Assembly (NCBI RefSeq): GCF_001194135.2
Contig: NC_068985.1
Span: 35,315,844 to 35,350,069 of the forward strand
Source: Octopus bimaculoides
Lineage: Eukaryota
Length of the DNA: 34,226 bases
Direction of reading: 5' to 3'
The notes under the pieces were generated by a model that worked only from the letters and a program-made list of their open reading frames with translations, did not search any database and had not been told where the DNA came from. The number at the start of each line of letters is the position of its first letter. Position 1 is the first letter of the stretch. Below, piece by piece: positions 22,440 through 34,226 of this stretch. Made by a program: the position numbers and the translations under genes.

Positions 22440-24124
22440 TACGGTAAAGGATGACCTGCTTGATATGTAGCATATGTGTTGGCAGGAATTCCATATGGTA
22501 TATCCAGTGAAAGTTATGGTGTAGTGGAATAATAGGAAGGTTAACAGAGAAAGTAGCTATTGCATGTGGAAGATGTACAGGATCCATGAATCTACAGATA
22601 CACAGGAAGCTGAATTTCTCAAATGCTCCTTAGGCTCTGTAGAGGTAGTGAATATTTTTTTACTACCTAGCTTACCTAATTAGCAGTGGAGGAGGATGTT
22701 CCAAAAGTGTAACTGCTGGAATGGGAATAGAACGGAGAAAGTTCAGAGCTTTTGTCTTTGTTGGAAATCAAAGATCACTCCATCTCCAAATGAAAGGAAG
22801 ATTGTATGACACATGTGTACAAACACCAATTCCACATGATGGTCACATGGGCCCTGAATGCAGAGGACATGTGAAGCCTAGAAAGGAATGGAGCTAGTAT
22901 GCTTTGTTGGATGTGCATTGCCATTGTACATGTACAGCAGAGTGCTAGTGCATTGAGAGAAAATTGAGGCATAAGAGGAATTAGATGCAATGTGCAAGAG
23001 AGACGACTGCACTGGTTTAGTCATGTGATGCCTATGGATGAGGACAGTAGCATAAAGAAGTGCCAGTCACTTAATGTATATGGAACTTGTGGAAGAGAAA
23101 GACCCATGATGATATGGGACAAAGCATTGAAGGCTGATCTCAAAACACTGAGCCTTATTAAGGAAATGAGAAAGGACTGGTACCTTACTGTACTGAAGAC
23201 CCATCTACTACAGCAGAATTGATATCCTAAAATCACTTTGGTAATGCTTATCCATTTTTAGCCCTATCTCCACCTCCATCCCCTCTGCCCTATCAACCAT
23301 TCCCCCACTACACACTTACACATTTCTTCTACAAACATCCATCATTTTTCTACTGCCTAAAAGCAGAAAAGGCACATACTACATCTCCCTAGTTTCTCAG
23401 TTACCATTGTTCCTCCACCCCAAAACCACTTTCATTTTCCATTATCTTCCCATCTGTCTTCATCAATGACTGTCTTTCTGTATCNNNNNNNNNNCTCTCC
23501 CCTTTGCTCTTCTCCATCATTGACACCTTATTTATTGCCTGTCATCTTCAATGCCTTCACATATCTACTGCAACCCTCATCCCTGAGACTTTCCTATATT
23601 TCTCTCTCCGTCATTTGCTACAGTCATCTTTACCCTGCTCACTCACCCCTCATTTATTCTGTATCATCTCACTTATTCTTGACACACCCAGTCTTCCTTG
23701 AGTTATGTCCTGAAACATTTTTGTCACTATCACTCTCTTTATCTTATTCTGTTACTCACTCTCTTTTCCTTCCCAACTGGAGCATCCATCTATCTACTCC
23801 ACAGCAAGACACCTTTTTCTGTCCTTCTATACCTCTAATCTTTCAAATGACTCAAAGCCACACAAACCTCAATACTAATCACCCTTCTAGTTGACGCTTT
23901 TCTTGTCTTGTAAGGCATTTTGTGACCCTCATTGTGCTGGTATTATGTAAAAAGCACCCAGTGCACTAAGTAAAGTGGTTCGTGGTAGGAAGGGTATCCA
24001 GCTGTAGAGACCATGTCACAACAGACAACAGATCTTGAGACAGCTCCCAGTTTTGTCAGCTCCTGTCAAACCATCTGACCCATGTCAGTTTAGAAAACAG
24101 GTGTTAAATGATGATGATGGTGAT
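22440..24124 (+). mobile_element. 5'-truncated RTE-clade LINE with PHD-like insert, ORF end, long pyrimidine-rich 3' UTR and (GAT)n tail
   Basis: CLIC...GRNSI...CSGIIGRL...CGRC; EVVNIFYYLA; KGRLYDTCVQ; TWALN; QERRLHWFSHVMPMDEDS...GRERP..WDKALKADL; terminal module ending gttaaatgatgatgat. Confidence 0.85.
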
Positions 24125-25252
24125 ATATCAAGGACAGAGAGCACAGTAAAATGCAATACTCAACCAAAATTGGGCTTAGTAGTGGATTCTATATTCGACT
24201 CCTGTATCCAGTGTAGTACAATGCAAGGCATCAACTTAAGATCAGCTTGAGTGTGGAATATGAGTCAAATAATTGAGAAAGATAATAAGCAAACACATNN
24301 NNNNNNNNTGTGCTGAAATAATCACATAACAGTAGGAGAAACATGCAGCCATGCGTTTCATCTCATCAGTATCCTGCAATGAATGCAACGATCAATGTTG
24401 AAGCTCCAGATATATTCGCTTTTCCTTGTTATGCAAATGATCAACATGTCACATAAAACCTCACATGTCACATAAAACAGAACATAAACACTCATACACA
24501 CCTACAGGAGGAATTTCAACCATGTTTCGTGGTCTGCTACCACAACAGCTNNNNNNNNNNNNNNNNNNNNNNNNNNNNNNNNNNNNNNNNNNNNNNNNNN
24601 NNNNNNNNNNNNNNNNNNNNNNNNNNNNNNNNNNNNNNNNNNNNNNNNNNNNNNNNNNNNNNNNNNNNNNNNNNNNNNNNNNNNNNNNNNNGTTGAGTGC
24701 ATGTCTTCTTTCTTCTGTTCCCTGGCCTCTTCGATGCAGTGACAACGAGTGTATAGATTTTGCTTGTTCATCAGTATAATGTATGTGCATGTATATGTGC
24801 ATATGTACATATGTATCAACAGTAACCAGGACGGGAGGGTCAACTTGTATTATGTTCTANNNNNNNNNNATGTATCAACAGTAACCAGGACGGGAGGGTC
24901 AACTTGTATTATGTTCTATTTATCTGAAGAATCCTTAGTGTTAAATTTTATTCATAATTCACCTGAAGAAAACAGGTTTTTTACATGATGTACTATTTTT
25001 AGTCATCAATAAAGAACATGTCTGAAACAGCTGTAGTGGGCCTCAACCCTTTTGTGTTATTGTTTATACATCACTGCCCTCAGAAACTTTCCTATGTTGG
25101 ATCTTGAGCCTTTAGACAACTGGAGCATGTGCCATGAGTGTACTCTTGTGTAACTTTGCATACATGTTGTATATTCAGTCANNNNNNNNNNGTATATTCA
25201 GTCAGTATTTGTGAATGTGTGTATATGTTTATGTGTATGTTTGTGTGTATAT

Positions 25253-28200
25253 ATCATCATCATCGTTTAATGTTCTCCTTCCATGCTGGCATGGGTTGGA
25301 TGGTTTGACNNNNNNNNNNNNNNNNNNNNNNNNNNNNNNNNNNNNNNNNNNNNNNNNNNNNNNNNNNNNNNNNNNGCATGGTTTTTACAGTTGGATGCCC
25401 TTCCAAATGCCAACCACTTTATAGTATGGATTGGGTGCTTTTTAAGTGGCACCAGTAGCTTACAAGACAAGGAATCTTTGAGAGGAGAGGGGTCATTGGA
25501 AGAAAGTGATCTTGTGTCAGATGATGAAAAGTTAGTGTGTGACAAAGAGATGGAAATAGATGTTTGCTATAGAGGGTTACATGGTTACCCAGCCTGAANN
25601 NNNNNNNNATGGAAATAGATGTTTGCTATAGAGGGTTACATGGTTACCCAGCCTGAAAGAGAGAGAGAGAGAGAGGGAGGGAGGGATAGTTAGCAAGAAA
25701 GAGAGCAGAAACAGGTGTACTGCTGTAAAGGAGATACGTGGTTACCCAGAGAGAAAGAGAGAGAGAGTTAATAAGAAAGAGGGCAGAAACAGATGAGCTA
25801 CTGTAAAGGAGATACATGGTTACCTTGCCAGAGGTAAGAGCGAGAGATGGAGGGGGAGAGACTGATCAAAAATGAGGACAGAAACAGGTGTGTTGCTGTA
25901 GAGGAGATACATGATTACCCAGCCAGAGGGAAGAGTAAGAGAAAGAGAGAGAGGGAGTGGGAGACAGCAAGAGTGCAAGAGATATAGGATGAAGATGGTG
26001 GAGAAGTGCCAGGATATACTCACAAGGAATGGCGATCAGAGTATAGATGGGATAGTAGAGTAACAAAGGGAGAGATAAATGATGGCAGGTGCCAGGGTAT
26101 ACCCCCAAGATCATAATATACGTAACAGGGCAGTGCAAAGGTAGTGGGGGGAATGCTGTGACTGGTGAGAACTTGGGTATATAGAGAGGGTGGGGAGAGT
26201 AATGATACAGTGAGCAGAATAGTGAGGACAGGATTGGGGAGTGGAAGATAATCATAGTGTAGGAAGAGGAAATGTGAGGAAGAGAAGAGATGTAGTTTAG
26301 TTTGTTGGTGTTGGGTGTGTGAAAANNNNNNNNNNNNNNNNNNNNNNNNNNNNNNNNNNNNNNNNNNNNNNNNNNNNNNNNNNNNNNNNNNNNNNNNNNN
26401 NNNNNNNNNNNNNNNNNNNNNNNNNNNNNNNNNNNNNNNNNNNNNNNNNNNNNNNNNNNNNNNNNNNNNNNNNNNNNNNNNNNNNNNNNNNNNNNNNNNC
26501 CAGCATCCTGAGATCAGTCCTCACCACTTCATCCCATGTCTTTCTGGATCTCCATCTTCCTCAGGTGCCATCCACTTTCAGTGACCAGTACTTCTTCATG
26601 CAGCTGTCTTCATTCATATGCATCCCATATCGAAACCAACATAGTCTCCTCTCTTGCACACTGCATTACATTCCTGTTACGCCTAACTTTTCNNNNNNNN
26701 NNNNNNNNNNNNNNNNNNNNNNNNNNNNNNNNNNNNNNNNNNNNNNNNNNNNNNNNNNNNNNNNNNNNNNNNNNNNATTCAGAGCCCATGTCTCACTACC
26801 ATGGAGTATAGCCATTTGTACACAAGTATACAATCTACCTTTCACCCTGAGAGAGTTCATTTGTTGCCAGTAGAGGTAGTAGCTCTTTGAACTTCCTCCA
26901 TCCTCTCCTTTTTCTAGAAACAATTCTTTGAAAGTATCCACTCCATTGCTAATTTGGTCAGCCAGGTAACAGAAACTATCTACTACCTCAATAGAGCCTT
27001 CTGAGAGAGTCTAAGTCTTGTATGCTCTTAGTGCTTATTGTTCCTGCATACCTGTCATATATGAAGGTGACCTTGTCTGTTAATCCACTTGTGATTCCAC
27101 TGCATCTCTTATGTGTCTATAGCTTACACTGGGTGCAGCAAATAGAATTACTGTTCACTCCTTTCCTACATATTGAACAGGGCCATTTACTTCAAGGAAA
27201 GAGGATTTTATCTGCTTTCTTGCTAACAACTTTGGTCTTTGCTAGATTAACCTTAAGGTTCTTTGATTCCTGATTTTACTCCCATACCTGGAATTTCTTC
27301 TCCAATTCTGCTACAGACTCTGCAGTAAGAGTGAGGTCATCCATGTATAGTAGTTCCTACAGGCATCCAGTTTTGAATTCCTCTGTTATGATCTGGAGGA
27401 CTATAATGAATAGGAGTGGACTAAGAACTGAGCCCTGTACACTAAATTCATTACTGTATTCATGGCCAACTCTCACCTAACTGACAGCACCACTGTACAT
27501 GACTTGTACAGTTCTAACAAGCCACTCCTCTACTTCTAGTTTCCTTAGAGNNNNNNNNNNACTTGTACAGTTCTAACAAGCCACTCCTCTACTTCTAGTT
27601 TCCTTAGAGACCACTAGATAATAGAGCGGTGGGGCTTCTGTCAAAAGCTTTCTCCAGGTTAATGAAAGTTAAGTATAAAGGCTTGCTTTTGGCCAAATAC
27701 TTTTCCTGCAGCTGTCTCACTTGGAAGCTGGCATCTGTGGTACTCCTCCCAGGTACAGAACCAAACTGCATCTCATCTAGTTTAATTCTATTCCTANNNN
27801 NNNNNNNNATAACTCTCTCTGTAACTTTCATGACTTGGTCTAGCAGTTTGATGCCTCTGAAGTTGCTTCTATCTAAGGCGTCACCTTTATCCTTGTAGCA
27901 GCTAACTATAATACTACTACACTAGTTATTGAGGATGATGCCTTCTTGAATAATCTGATTAACTATGTGAGTGACTAGGCTGCNNNNNNNNNNNNNNNNN
28001 ATTTTAATCATCTCGGTAGTGATACCTGAAGGTCCAGGTGCTTTCCCTGTCTTCATATCCTTAATTGCCTTATCTATCATACTGCTATCAACTCTGATGG
28101 CTGGTCCCTTAGTTCTTTCAAAATATGAAAGTCTCTCCTTCTCCCATTCATTTTCCATATTTAGTAACCTTTCTTAATGGCACTTCAACACATCTTTCTT

Positions 28201-29435
28201 CACTGAGTCACTAATTGTAAACGTACCATTATACATTCACACACATTTCTCACCTAACATACACCTATTATCTCTGATACAAGCTTTGCTATCCTGAACA
28301 CCTTACATCTCTGATCCTCACACTGTAGAACATTGGCATAGCTCTTGTCTTCTGCTGTTCCTTATGCTATGTAAACCTGTCACCTAGCTTCCCTTCTGAC
28401 TACCTGATGTAATTTTTCCACCATTTTTCCAGTCCTTCTAGGCTTGCCTCTTCCCTTTTATAACACTGTCCACCTCTCCATTCCACCACCATGTCACCCT
28501 TGGCTTAGCTGGGACTTTGCACCAGATTTGGTTTGCAGCCCTCAGTAGATTGTACTGCAGGAACTTTCATTTGTCCTCTAAGCTGTATGTTCCTAGCTCC
28601 TCCTCTTCTCTATCATCAGAGGCTTCCATTAAAATGCCTCTGAATTTCTGTCAGTTTGCAGGGTTTTTGAGCTTCCATAATCTTCTTTTCCAGTGGTTTA
28701 TTTCTGAGTCTTTCCAACCCTAATTCCGAAGTCACTAATCGGCAACTTATGTTGGTCTGTACAGTCTTCACCTAGGAAGGACTTTGCATTTGGGAGTACT
28801 TGCTTATTTCATTGCCTGGTGAGGAGGTAATCAATCTGGTTTATGTGCCCACCAGTCTGATAAATGATCAGGTGGCTGGCTGGCTGGTTTTCTGAAGCTA
28901 GTGTTGCAGATCATGAGATCATTTGCATCACAGAACTCCAGTCTTCATATTCCCGCCTCATTCCTAGAGTCAAAGCCATAACTCCTGTGCATACCATTAA
29001 ATCCATGGGATTGCTGCCCAGCATGCCCATTGAAGTTGCCAACCACAGTAACCAAGTCTCTGTCATTTGTCTTTGAGGTAGTCTGCTGAAAGACCTTGTA
29101 GAATTGGCCCTTCTGGTCATCAACCAGCCCAGCCTAAGAGGAAAATGTAGCTGTTAATTTATCTGTGAAAAGTCTCAGCTTAATAACCCTATCACATACT
29201 CTGATTATCTCACTTACCTTATCTACTCACTTTTCTGCTAAGAGTATATGCACACCATCCACTTCATTCCTGCTTATCATAGCAGAATTTGAATCTCTGT
29301 TTCTCATTCATCTAGCAGAGATTCATTTCAACCTCACTTCTTGCACACCATACATGGCCATGCTCTATCATTTCAATAATCTCACCAGATCTACTTTTCA
29401 TTTTGCCTATGTTGATGGTAGCGGCCCTAAAATTA
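25253..29435 (-). mobile_element. Near-complete but decayed RTE-clade LINE (~4.2 kb: APE, RT with PHD-like insert, long 3' UTR, (GAT)n tail)
   Basis: Collinear on the minus strand: APE 29435-28490; KAPGPSG ~28030; FGSVPGRSTTDA / LEKAFDR ~27700; QGSVLSPLLF ~27430; YMDD 27347-27336; EVVDSFCYL ~26980; HGSETW ~26790; KTWDEVV ~26530; 3' module and (CAT)n from 25253. Confidence 0.85.
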
Positions 29436-29699
29436 TTTACTTGGGGTTGACTGGGAAAGCAGTCATTTTAAGTCTTTTGTCAGTACATATAAAGAAGATT
29501 TGCATGAATGCTTTCCATGTGGCATAGAGCTTTGGTGCATAGCTTATTCAATTGAATTGAATTACAATTTCCTCAATCCCTTAAAACATCCAGATTAAGA
29601 GACAACAGGGAGAGAGGTAGGGAGACTGAACAGGAAGCTGGTGTAACTACACAGTATGGTGTCAGTCTTATGTGTTTACATATATATATGAATATATAC

Positions 29700-29702
29700 A
29701 CA

Positions 29703-29737
<35 letters not shown>
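29700..29737. repeat. (CA)n microsatellite running into gap 29738-30500
   Basis: Direct reading. Confidence 0.95.
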
Positions 29738-30545
29738 NNNNNNNNNNNNNNNNNNNNNNNNNNNNNNNNNNNNNNNNNNNNNNNNNNNNNNNNNNNNNNN
29801 NNNNNNNNNNNNNNNNNNNNNNNNNNNNNNNNNNNNNNNNNNNNNNNNNNNNNNNNNNNNNNNNNNNNNNNNNNNNNNNNNNNNNNNNNNNNNNNNNNNN
29901 NNNNNNNNNNNNNNNNNNNNNNNNNNNNNNNNNNNNNNNNNNNNNNNNNNNNNNNNNNNNNNNNNNNNNNNNNNNNNNNNNNNNNNNNNNNNNNNNNNNN
30001 NNNNNNNNNNNNNNNNNNNNNNNNNNNNNNNNNNNNNNNNNNNNNNNNNNNNNNNNNNNNNNNNNNNNNNNNNNNNNNNNNNNNNNNNNNNNNNNNNNNN
30101 NNNNNNNNNNNNNNNNNNNNNNNNNNNNNNNNNNNNNNNNNNNNNNNNNNNNNNNNNNNNNNNNNNNNNNNNNNNNNNNNNNNNNNNNNNNNNNNNNNNN
30201 NNNNNNNNNNNNNNNNNNNNNNNNNNNNNNNNNNNNNNNNNNNNNNNNNNNNNNNNNNNNNNNNNNNNNNNNNNNNNNNNNNNNNNNNNNNNNNNNNNNN
30301 NNNNNNNNNNNNNNNNNNNNNNNNNNNNNNNNNNNNNNNNNNNNNNNNNNNNNNNNNNNNNNNNNNNNNNNNNNNNNNNNNNNNNNNNNNNNNNNNNNNN
30401 NNNNNNNNNNNNNNNNNNNNNNNNNNNNNNNNNNNNNNNNNNNNNNNNNNNNNNNNNNNNNNNNNNNNNNNNNNNNNNNNNNNNNNNNNNNNNNNNNNNN
30501 ATACATATGCCTTAATATACATACACATTTACATACATGCATATA

Positions 30546-32351
30546 CAGTGACCTGCTAAAGTTTACAACTCAGTCAGAAATCCAAGTTTACATACAATGC
30601 AGGTTAATGAAATTTATGAAGTTTTTGTAATAAATTCAATGCAACAATCAGAATTACATAATAATGAACAGAAAAAACTTTATATGGAAAAAAGTTGAAA
30701 TTCAAAACAAAAGGTTACAACACATTTAACTCAATTGAATAATTTTTCAGATATTTTGAATAAAAATGATTTTGTTTCCCAAAATATCCATAGTGTTCTA
30801 GAGGATTTGGGAAGTTTTGTTTGTGAATATTTATAGCCATTGCATCAGTTCTGACATCAGTTTTGGGTAAAAATAAACAAATTGGGTAAGACCTTCATAA
30901 GCGTGGCATGGCAGTTTGTACAGAAAGATTTCTGCACAGCTTATTGTACCACTGAGTTCAGTTGGTACGCTAATGAATAACTGGAAATCTCCCTCTAGTC
31001 TGTTCAAGTCACCCATGTAAGTTAGCAGAGCATACAGCANNNNNNNNNNCCCTCTAGTCTGTTCAAGTCACCCATGTAAGTTAGCAGAGCATACAGCAAG
31101 AAAACTTGCAAGGACAACTAGTAATAGATCACAAACCACATTCAAGGTGTTGCAGGAAGACCTGGAAGCATGTGAAGTATATGTGAGCAAGAATATAATT
31201 AGTAGATCACTTATTTGTTATGATCACTTTTCTCCTTCTCCAAGAAAGATCCCATTGTTTAAGAAATGTCACTTTAAAGCTCATTTGGCCTTTGCAAAAA
31301 AACATCTATGTGAACCGGCAACATATTGGGAAAACTTAGTTTGGTTTGACAAAACTTAGATTGAGCTTCTCAGCAGAAACTTTATCAACAAGGTTTGGAG
31401 AAAGAACNNNNNNNNNNNNNNNNNNNNNNNNNNNNNNNNNNNNNNNNNNNNNNNNNNNNNNNNNNNNNNNNNNNNNNNNNNNNNNNNNNNNNNNNNNNNN
31501 NNNNNNNNNNNNNNNNNNNNNNNNNNNNNNNNNNNNNNNNNNNNNNNNNNNNNNNNNNNNNNNNNNNNNNNNNNNNNNNNNNNNNNNNNNNNNNNNNNNN
31601 NNNNNNNNNNNNNNNNNNNNNNNNNNNNNNNNNNNNNNNNNNNNNNNNNNNNNNNNNNNNNNNNNNNNNNNNNNNNNNNNNNNNNNNNNNNNNNNNNNNN
31701 NNNNNNNNNNNNNNNNNNNNNNNNNNNNNNNNNNNNNNNNNTCAGTAATGGTATGGACTTGTTTTTGCTCATCAGGTTTTGGTAGAATGGAAGTAATAAA
31801 AAGAACAATAGATGGTGAAAAATATAGGGGAATTTTAGAGAGATGTTTAATACCTAGTGCTTGCTCCCTAAACTTGGAACAAGGATGGGCCTTTCAACAT
31901 GATAACGATTCAAAGCACACAGCAAAGCTGACCAAGTATTTTCTGGAAACAAACGGGATTAATGTTTTGGAATGGCCAAGTCAATCTCCAGACCTCAATC
32001 TAATTGAAAATTTGTGGAAAGAATTGAAACTCAGAGTTCAAAACAGAAATCCATGCAACTTACAAGAATTGAAAAGAATTTGTGTAGAAGAATGGGGAAA
32101 AATAGGCTCCACCACATGTTAAAAGTATTTAGGAGACTATTTAAAGTGTCTGCAAGCTCTCATCATCAACAAGGGTTATATAACTAAATACTGATATGAT
32201 TGTATAAATGTGTTGTAAACTTTTGCATTTTGAAGTTCAACTTTTTTCCATGTAAATTTGTTTCTCTTAACTTCATAAATGGTAGAAATTTCATTAACCT
32301 GCATTAACTCAATATATGTAAATTTGAATTTCTGGCTTTTGTGGGTCACTG
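30546..32351 (+). mobile_element. Complete Tc1-family DNA transposon (DD34E), defective
   Basis: TA-CAGTGACC...CAGAAATCCAAGTTT...AATGCAGGTTAATGAAATTT at the left end is mirrored at the right end (...GGTCACTG-TA). TA at 30544-30545 and 32352-32353. Confidence 0.9.
30870..32194 (+). pseudogene. Tc1 transposase, disrupted by stops, frameshifts and gaps
   Basis: RKISAQLIVPLSSVGTLMNNWK (HTH); RKIPLFKKCHFKAHLAFAKKH; LVWFDKT (first D); VMVWTCF; FQHDNDSKH...WPSQSPDLNLIENLW with 34 residues between D and E; ends ALIINKGYITKY*. Confidence 0.9.
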
Positions 32352-34226
32352 TATATGCACATGAAGTCCACGTAAGCATACACTTAGATNNNNNNNNNNN
32401 NNNNNNNNNNNNNNNNNNNNNNNNNNNNNNNNNNNNNNNNNNNNNNNNNNNNNNNNNNNNNNNNNNNNNNNNNNNNNNNNNNNNNNNNNTGATGATGATA
32501 TATATATAAATATATATATAGATAATGACAAGCAAATTAGGCAAGTCGATTTAAGATATTTAATTAGTATTTGAAAATGGAATTCCATCTTCAATGTAAA
32601 ATGTAAAATTCTCCAAAGTAAAACTCTCCCTTGAAGACAAAGGCAGTATTATCTGATAATGGTTCCAAGTAACCACCATTATTCCACACCACCAAGCCCC
32701 CAGAAACAGCTGTTGGACTTGTAAAACTCTATCCATTTAACTCCTGATATCATTTATATTCTGTATGTCGGACTTATTTTATATCCATACAGATGTACGT
32801 TTTTCCTACTAAATGCATTTAATATTCTGTTCAAATCTCTTGAGTACTTCAAAGTGTATTCTATATAGAGAACGCTTGTCTCTATCCTCTAAATTATATA
32901 TATACTTATATGCACATGCAGTCTACATAAGCGTATACTTAGATGTAAATATATATATACATACCCACAAACACATACATTTACATACACATGTACATAT
33001 ATATGGAATCCACATAAGTGCATACTTACATGTACATGGTTCTTTAACAGGCACATGCACACAAGTATATGGGTACAAAGAACCTCTACTCACAGAACAG
33101 GAGTATTAGCAGCTTGGGAATCAAGTCATGCACATTCAGAGTGTAAAGGTGGACGTGGGTGAGCAGGCATAATTGGTTTGCAAAGATGGATGCTAAGCCC
33201 AGAAACCTTTGCAGAGAAAGCCATAGTTACCCCATGTTGTTTACAGTTTTAATTATTTATTGTTAATCAGACTTACGGTAAAGTTTTAGTATTTAATCAT
33301 TATTATTAGTAATACAATAGTTATACACATGTGCATTCTAACTGGCATATTTATCATATAAACATATAAGCAATGAGGATGGAGTGCACAGCAGGTTTTA
33401 GCAGTGGGTGGGATGTTGATGGGAGAGAGGAATTATAAGCATTGATTGATCAAGTTACATTTGAATAAAATAGATTAATACTTAGATGTAATCCCATGAA
33501 CAAGCAGACAGCCAAGCTGATTGATATTTATGAAAACTATTCCTTAAATATGTTAATGGTTGCTATGCCCAGAAAACATACACAGAGAAAAAAATAGTAC
33601 CCCCATGTTGTTTACAATTTTAATTATTATTATTATTAATACAACATTTATACACGTGTACACTTTAAGCAGCATATTTATCATATTAAAACATGTGTGC
33701 GCATGCATGTATATAGGTGTGTTATATATGTGTATATTTTATGTATATGTGTGTGTGTGTGAATCTATATGTGGCTTGATCTTATTCTGTCAGTTTGCTT
33801 GGCATGCATCTTGTCATTTTATTTTCCTTTTTATGAGTTTTCTCTCCTTGTTCTCTCCTTTTTTCTACCCCTCTCCCCCTCACTTTCTCTATCTGTCTGT
33901 CTCTCTCTCCCCCTCTCTTTAGTTGTATATATTTGGCTTTGAGAGAAGTGTAACTTTGTTCAGACTTCCTTAATGTAATGCTTTGTCCCCTATTTTATGT
34001 ATTATTTCTCTTGCATTACTTCCATTTTTTTCATTAGCTATCACATTCAAATCCTGTTTTCTAATTGGGTAAAAACGACCAAAATTTAAACCTGTGTATC
34101 ATTTTTCTAAAATTTTTCTAGAATAAATGAATCACAAACTTGGTTTCAGTGTGAAAAAGTACATCAATATACCAAATTTGAAAATTTTCACTCAGTTCAA
34201 AATCTAACAGCCACAGAAAAGATCTC

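Noticed and set aside
24332-24377. Second hammerhead-like motif on the minus strand (GCAGGATA CTGATGA GAT GAAAC ... GTT TCTCCTAC)
   Set aside because: Stem II is only 3 nt and cannot form, stem I pairs 6 of 8, and the triplet is GUU. At best a deleted relic, and not supportable without homologues.
25700-25925. Repeat-spacer pattern superficially like a CRISPR array
   Set aside because: Eukaryotic context, degenerate repeats, GA-microsatellite spacers, no cas genes, and it lies inside an RTE 3' UTR.
32600-32760. GC-richer island with a short minus-strand open frame (SPTAVSGGLVVWNNGGYLEPLSDNTAFVFKG)
   Set aside because: No convincing splice sites and no recognisable family; too short to call.

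Overview
AT-rich, gap-riddled animal genomic DNA made mostly of decayed transposable elements and microsatellites. No host protein-coding gene, rRNA, tRNA gene or CRISPR array can be supported. The repeat families resemble those I recall from Octopus; this is an inference, not a database result. Contents: at least seven R4/Dong-like restriction-endonuclease LINE fragments, several RTE-clade LINE copies of two types (one near-complete ~4.2 kb copy at 25253-29435), a CR1/L2-type LINE 3' end, a Penelope-like GIY-YIG remnant, tRNA-derived SINEs, and a complete Tc1 (DD34E) transposon with both TIRs and TA duplications. The most interesting signals are: (1) a well-folding minimal type I hammerhead ribozyme with a palindromic stem III at 5587-5691; (2) a PHD-like zinc finger embedded inside the reverse transcriptase of two RTE copies; (3) Dong-like elements whose junctions sit in (AAT)n, or in (ACAT)n for one subfamily, suggesting microsatellite-targeted insertion. 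Long ORFs in the track that are mostly X are N-gap artefacts, and several 10-N gaps carry duplicated flanks from the assembly.
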